This document shows, piece after piece, positions 61,325 to 64,000 of a stretch of 64,000 nucleotides of DNA; positions within the stretch are counted from its first letter, which is position 1; every line of letters begins with the position of its first letter. Below the pieces are notes generated by a model, which was given only the letters and a program-made list of their open reading frames with translations, was not told the origin of the DNA and ran no database searches. The stretch is taken from NCBI GenBank assembly GCA_963699755.1, contig CAVOVB010000002.1, positions 256,001-320,000 on the forward strand, in the 5' to 3' direction. The stretch is from an uncultured delta proteobacterium. GTDB lineage: Bacteria > Myxococcota_A > Polyangia > Polyangiales > Houyiibacteriaceae. Made by a program: the position numbers and the translations under genes.

Positions 61325-62227
61325 TCAGGTCGCGGCAGCCATCGGCACGGGATCTTGGTGAATGATGACCTCCGCGTTGGGCAGGAGAGCCAGGATGCGT
61401 TCTTCGACCTCATCGGCGACCGCGTGAGCCCGGGTCAGTGGCAAGCCGTCGTCGAGCTCGAGATGGAGCTGAACGAATCGAAGTCGGCCCGATCGGCGGG
61501 TGCGAAGATCGTGAACCCCAAGCACATCCGGATGCGCTCTCGCAATCGCTAGAATCTCCTGCTGAACCCCGGGCTCCAGCTCCCTGTCCATGAGCTGTTG
61601 GAACGCTTCCGCTGCGATGCGGACCGCGCTGTAGAAAATATAAGCAGCGATTCCGATGGCGAAGACGGAGTCTGCCCAGCCCCAGCCTAGCGAAGCCAAT
61701 CCGAGGCCAGCGATCACGGCGAGGTTCGTGAGGAGGTCGGTCACATAATGCAAGGCGTCAGCTCGAATCGCCGTGGACTCGGTCTGTCGAATCACGCTGC
61801 GCTGAAGCGTCAGGAGCCCGGCCGTCACCACGATCGAAAACACCATGACGGCGATACCGACTTCGATGTCGCGCAAAGGCCGCGGGAAGCGCAGACGATC
61901 GATCGCGTGAAACAGCAAGAACACCGCCGAGCCGCACACGAAGCCAGCTTGGGCTAACCCCGCAAGCGGCTCTGCCTTACCGTGACCGAAGCGATGCTCG
62001 GCATCGGCTGGTACGAGCGAATACCGAACGGCGACCAAATTGATCGCGGACGCAATGCTGTCCATCAGGGAATCGACCAGGGATGCAAGCATGCTTACCG
62101 ACCCGGTCCAGAGCCAGGCAAGCAGCTTGACCGTGATCAAGACGAGAGCCGTGAGGACGGAGGCATACGTGGCACGTCGCAATTGCTTGCCGTATGCCGC
62201 CAGCGGAGCTTGCCCAGGGGTGCGCAT
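61325..62227 (-). CDS. fieF: Cation diffusion facilitator, FieF/YiiP-like
   Basis: SLVDSLMD, PAD.EH.FGHGKAE, ADALHY.TD, HDLRTR.SG and IIHQDP. Confidence 0.88.
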   Translation of the reverse strand: MRTPGQAPLAAYGKQLRRATYASVLTALVLITVKLLAWLWTGSVSMLASLVDSLMDSIASAINLVAVRYSLVPADAEHRFGHGKAEPLAGLAQAGFVCGSAVFLLFHAIDRLRFPRPLRDIEVGIAVMVFSIVVTAGLLTLQRSVIRQTESTAIRADALHYVTDLLTNLAVIAGLGLASLGWGWADSVFAIGIAAYIFYSAVRIAAEAFQQLMDRELEPGVQQEILAIARAHPDVLGVHDLRTRRSGRLRFVQLHLELDDGLPLTRAHAVADEVEERILALLPNAEVIIHQDPVPMAAAT

Positions 62228-62306
62228 CTTTCGGAGACGGGTTCTTGAATCCAGGAGGCCCACCTGTCCAGAGAACCGGCGCGGATGAACGATGGCAAGG
62301 CCGAGT

Positions 62307-62927
62307 CTAGCGACCGCGGGCCCTGCGCCAGACCGCGAACGGTGATTTGCGCTGTCGCGCGGCGGCGATGAGCGTGCCCAGCCACGCACCCGGCAAGAAC
62401 ATGATGTTGATGAGTAGCTCGTCGAAGAGTCGACTTCCCGGGTTTGGTTGGCCACGGCGGCGGTCGGAGAGCGCGTTGAGGGTGTTGGCGATTCGGTTGG
62501 CGACAGTCATCACGCGAGCCACGTCTTCGATATCGCTGCGGGCTTGAAGCCCCAACGCGTCGCCGAGTGCTTCCTGCGAATCTTCCTGGGCGACGGGCGC
62601 GAAATCGGCCTTGACTCGTTCTCGGGCGTGCGCGATGGCCAACCAAGTCCGTCGATCAAATGCGCTCTCGTCGATGCTCTCGAGCGCTGCGAGCTCGGCG
62701 GCCGACACCCCTGCTTCGAGCGCCATTCTGCTGTGCGCGTGCTCGCACATCCTGCAGGCGTTGACCTGTGCGACAGCAACGATGATCTTCTCTCGCAGCG
62801 CCGGCGACAAACGCACGCCAATCCAGATCGACCAGAGTGCCGGTATGCGTCGCAGGACCGTGCCGAAGTCCCGGAAGAGCTCGGGCACGGTGTAGACCCT
62901 TGGAACCGGGCGAGGGGGAAGTTCCAC
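62307..62927 (-). CDS. Carboxymuconolactone decarboxylase/AhpD family protein
   Basis: REKI..AV.QVNACRMCEHAH (CxxC...H). Confidence 0.82.
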   Translation of the reverse strand: MELPPRPVPRVYTVPELFRDFGTVLRRIPALWSIWIGVRLSPALREKIIVAVAQVNACRMCEHAHSRMALEAGVSAAELAALESIDESAFDRRTWLAIAHARERVKADFAPVAQEDSQEALGDALGLQARSDIEDVARVMTVANRIANTLNALSDRRRGQPNPGSRLFDELLINIMFLPGAWLGTLIAAARQRKSPFAVWRRARGR

Positions 62928-63796
62928 TATCGCTCCTCTCCTTGCGTACCGAGCAGGCGCTTGACCATGTCATGTATTTCATGAAGGCGCTCGCTCATGT
63001 GATCCCGCTGCTTGCCATCGAGCAGGTCGAACACGAACAGAAGCGTCTTTCGGCCGTCGGCTCGACGCTCTTGGGGGGACCGGGTGCCGGAGCCCCAATC
63101 CTCGCGTTGCATCCAGGCGTTCCAAAGGAGATCGCGGATCGCCGGCGCGCCAGGGTGTTCGTGCATCCGGTCGGCGATGTCGGCTAGGCGCTGCTCATCC
63201 GCTCTAAGTCGGTCGGGCGCCTCATCGGGCATGGAGGCCACGAACGATCGAATTGCCTCCTCCTGTGAATCGCTCAAGCGCCCCGACCATTCTTCGATCG
63301 CCTCGACGAACTTCTCTTGTCGACTCTGAAGCCGCTCGTCCTTGGGCGCGTTGAGCTCATCACGGGTCTCTTTGAGCCGTTCGTTGAGCACGCGCTGGGC
63401 GTGATCGATCTGCGCATCGCTCAGGGTTGCCAAGATGGGAGCGGCCTCATCGAGGATCCAAGAGACCGCCTTATCCATGAGAATGTCGACCTGGCGCTCG
63501 AGAATGAGGATCTTCTTCTCCGTCATTCCCCGAGCGAGCGCTCGATCGACGGTCGCAACCAAGAGGTCGAGCCTAGGTCCCAGGACCTCGGGCGCCGTCG
63601 CGATGACCCGATCAACTGCCGCACGCGTGGCTGTCCGCTGCGCGTCGTCGAGATCGAAGACCGCGGCGATCTTGCCCGTTGCCCATCGCGCCCCCAGATT
63701 CTGAAGGACACCGGTGCAGCCCGCGGCCAGCGCCAGACCCAAGAGCAGCACGACGAGCGCAGCCTGTCCTGGGGAACGCTCCTTACGGCGATCCAT
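62927..63796 (-). CDS. Helical lipoprotein (DUF6279-like)
   Basis: Lipobox AAGC. FDLDDAQ, LSDAQI, W.G.LS..Q and L...QR repeats. Confidence 0.6.
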   Translation of the reverse strand: MDRRKERSPGQAALVVLLLGLALAAGCTGVLQNLGARWATGKIAAVFDLDDAQRTATRAAVDRVIATAPEVLGPRLDLLVATVDRALARGMTEKKILILERQVDILMDKAVSWILDEAAPILATLSDAQIDHAQRVLNERLKETRDELNAPKDERLQSRQEKFVEAIEEWSGRLSDSQEEAIRSFVASMPDEAPDRLRADEQRLADIADRMHEHPGAPAIRDLLWNAWMQREDWGSGTRSPQERRADGRKTLLFVFDLLDGKQRDHMSERLHEIHDMVKRLLGTQGEER

Positions 63797-64000
63797 AGCC
63801 TCCTTTGCCCCACATCGCACCGATCCCGAGACCGATCAGCGGCCCCTTGATGCCGACACCATCCACAGTCACCGGAATGATCACGTTGCCGGCGCGCGCG
63901 TCGAGTCCGATCCAGAACTCCTTCCGGAGCCGCCAATAGAGAACGCCGCGCAGGTATCCACTCATCACGAAGTCGTTGCGAGCGCCGACTCGTGCCCAAC
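63783..64000 (-). CDS. 3' end of a hypothetical protein (runs off the right edge)
   Basis: Frame open to the window end (...WARVGARNDFVMSGYLRGVLYWRLRKEFWIGLDARAG...). Beta-strand-like alternation. Overlaps the start of the lipoprotein gene. Confidence 0.5.
   Translation of the reverse strand, partial: WARVGARNDFVMSGYLRGVLYWRLRKEFWIGLDARAGNVIIPVTVDGVGIKGPLIGLGIGAMWGKGGYGSP

Overview
A GC-rich, gene-dense chromosomal window with no rRNA, tRNA, CRISPR array or mobile element that I can support. Outer-membrane barrels, lipoproteins, PilZ/GGDEF proteins and STAS/SEC14-like proteins suggest a diderm host, possibly Myxococcota (inference only). Region 1-21.7 kb is an apparently complete steroid C/D-ring (HIP) catabolic cluster resembling M. 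tuberculosis Rv3548c-Rv3564: fadD3, ipdF, fadE30/33, fadE31/32, ipdABC, echA20, fadA6 and two SDRs, plus SCP2 and an Rv3521-like DUF35 gene. Region 21.7-31 kb holds two convergent coenzyme F420 operons (LLM-npdG-cofE-cofD-cofC and LLM-cofG-cofH-SDR). Four copies of a KstR-type palindrome (TGAAACnnGTTYYW) lie in the promoter regions of the steroid operons and the first F420 operon, which suggests one steroid/F420 regulon. This is the most interesting signal. Region 31-38 kb has a LipE-like esterase, metH, a GGDEF protein and a parvulin. Region 38.4-49.3 kb is one operon combining a GbsR/MarR regulator with its own inverted repeat, a polyprenyl synthase, a class II HMG-CoA reductase and menG-F-D-H-A-C-E, without menB. 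Region 49-64 kb has ilvD, a sulfotransferase, a hydrolase-OsmC fusion with an apparent internal deletion, ABC-F, a pterin dehydratase, a beta-propeller lipoprotein, a porin gene interrupted by an in-frame TAA, YceI, a FieF-like CDF transporter and an AhpD/CMD protein. Family assignments come from motif recognition and recalled similarity, not database searches.
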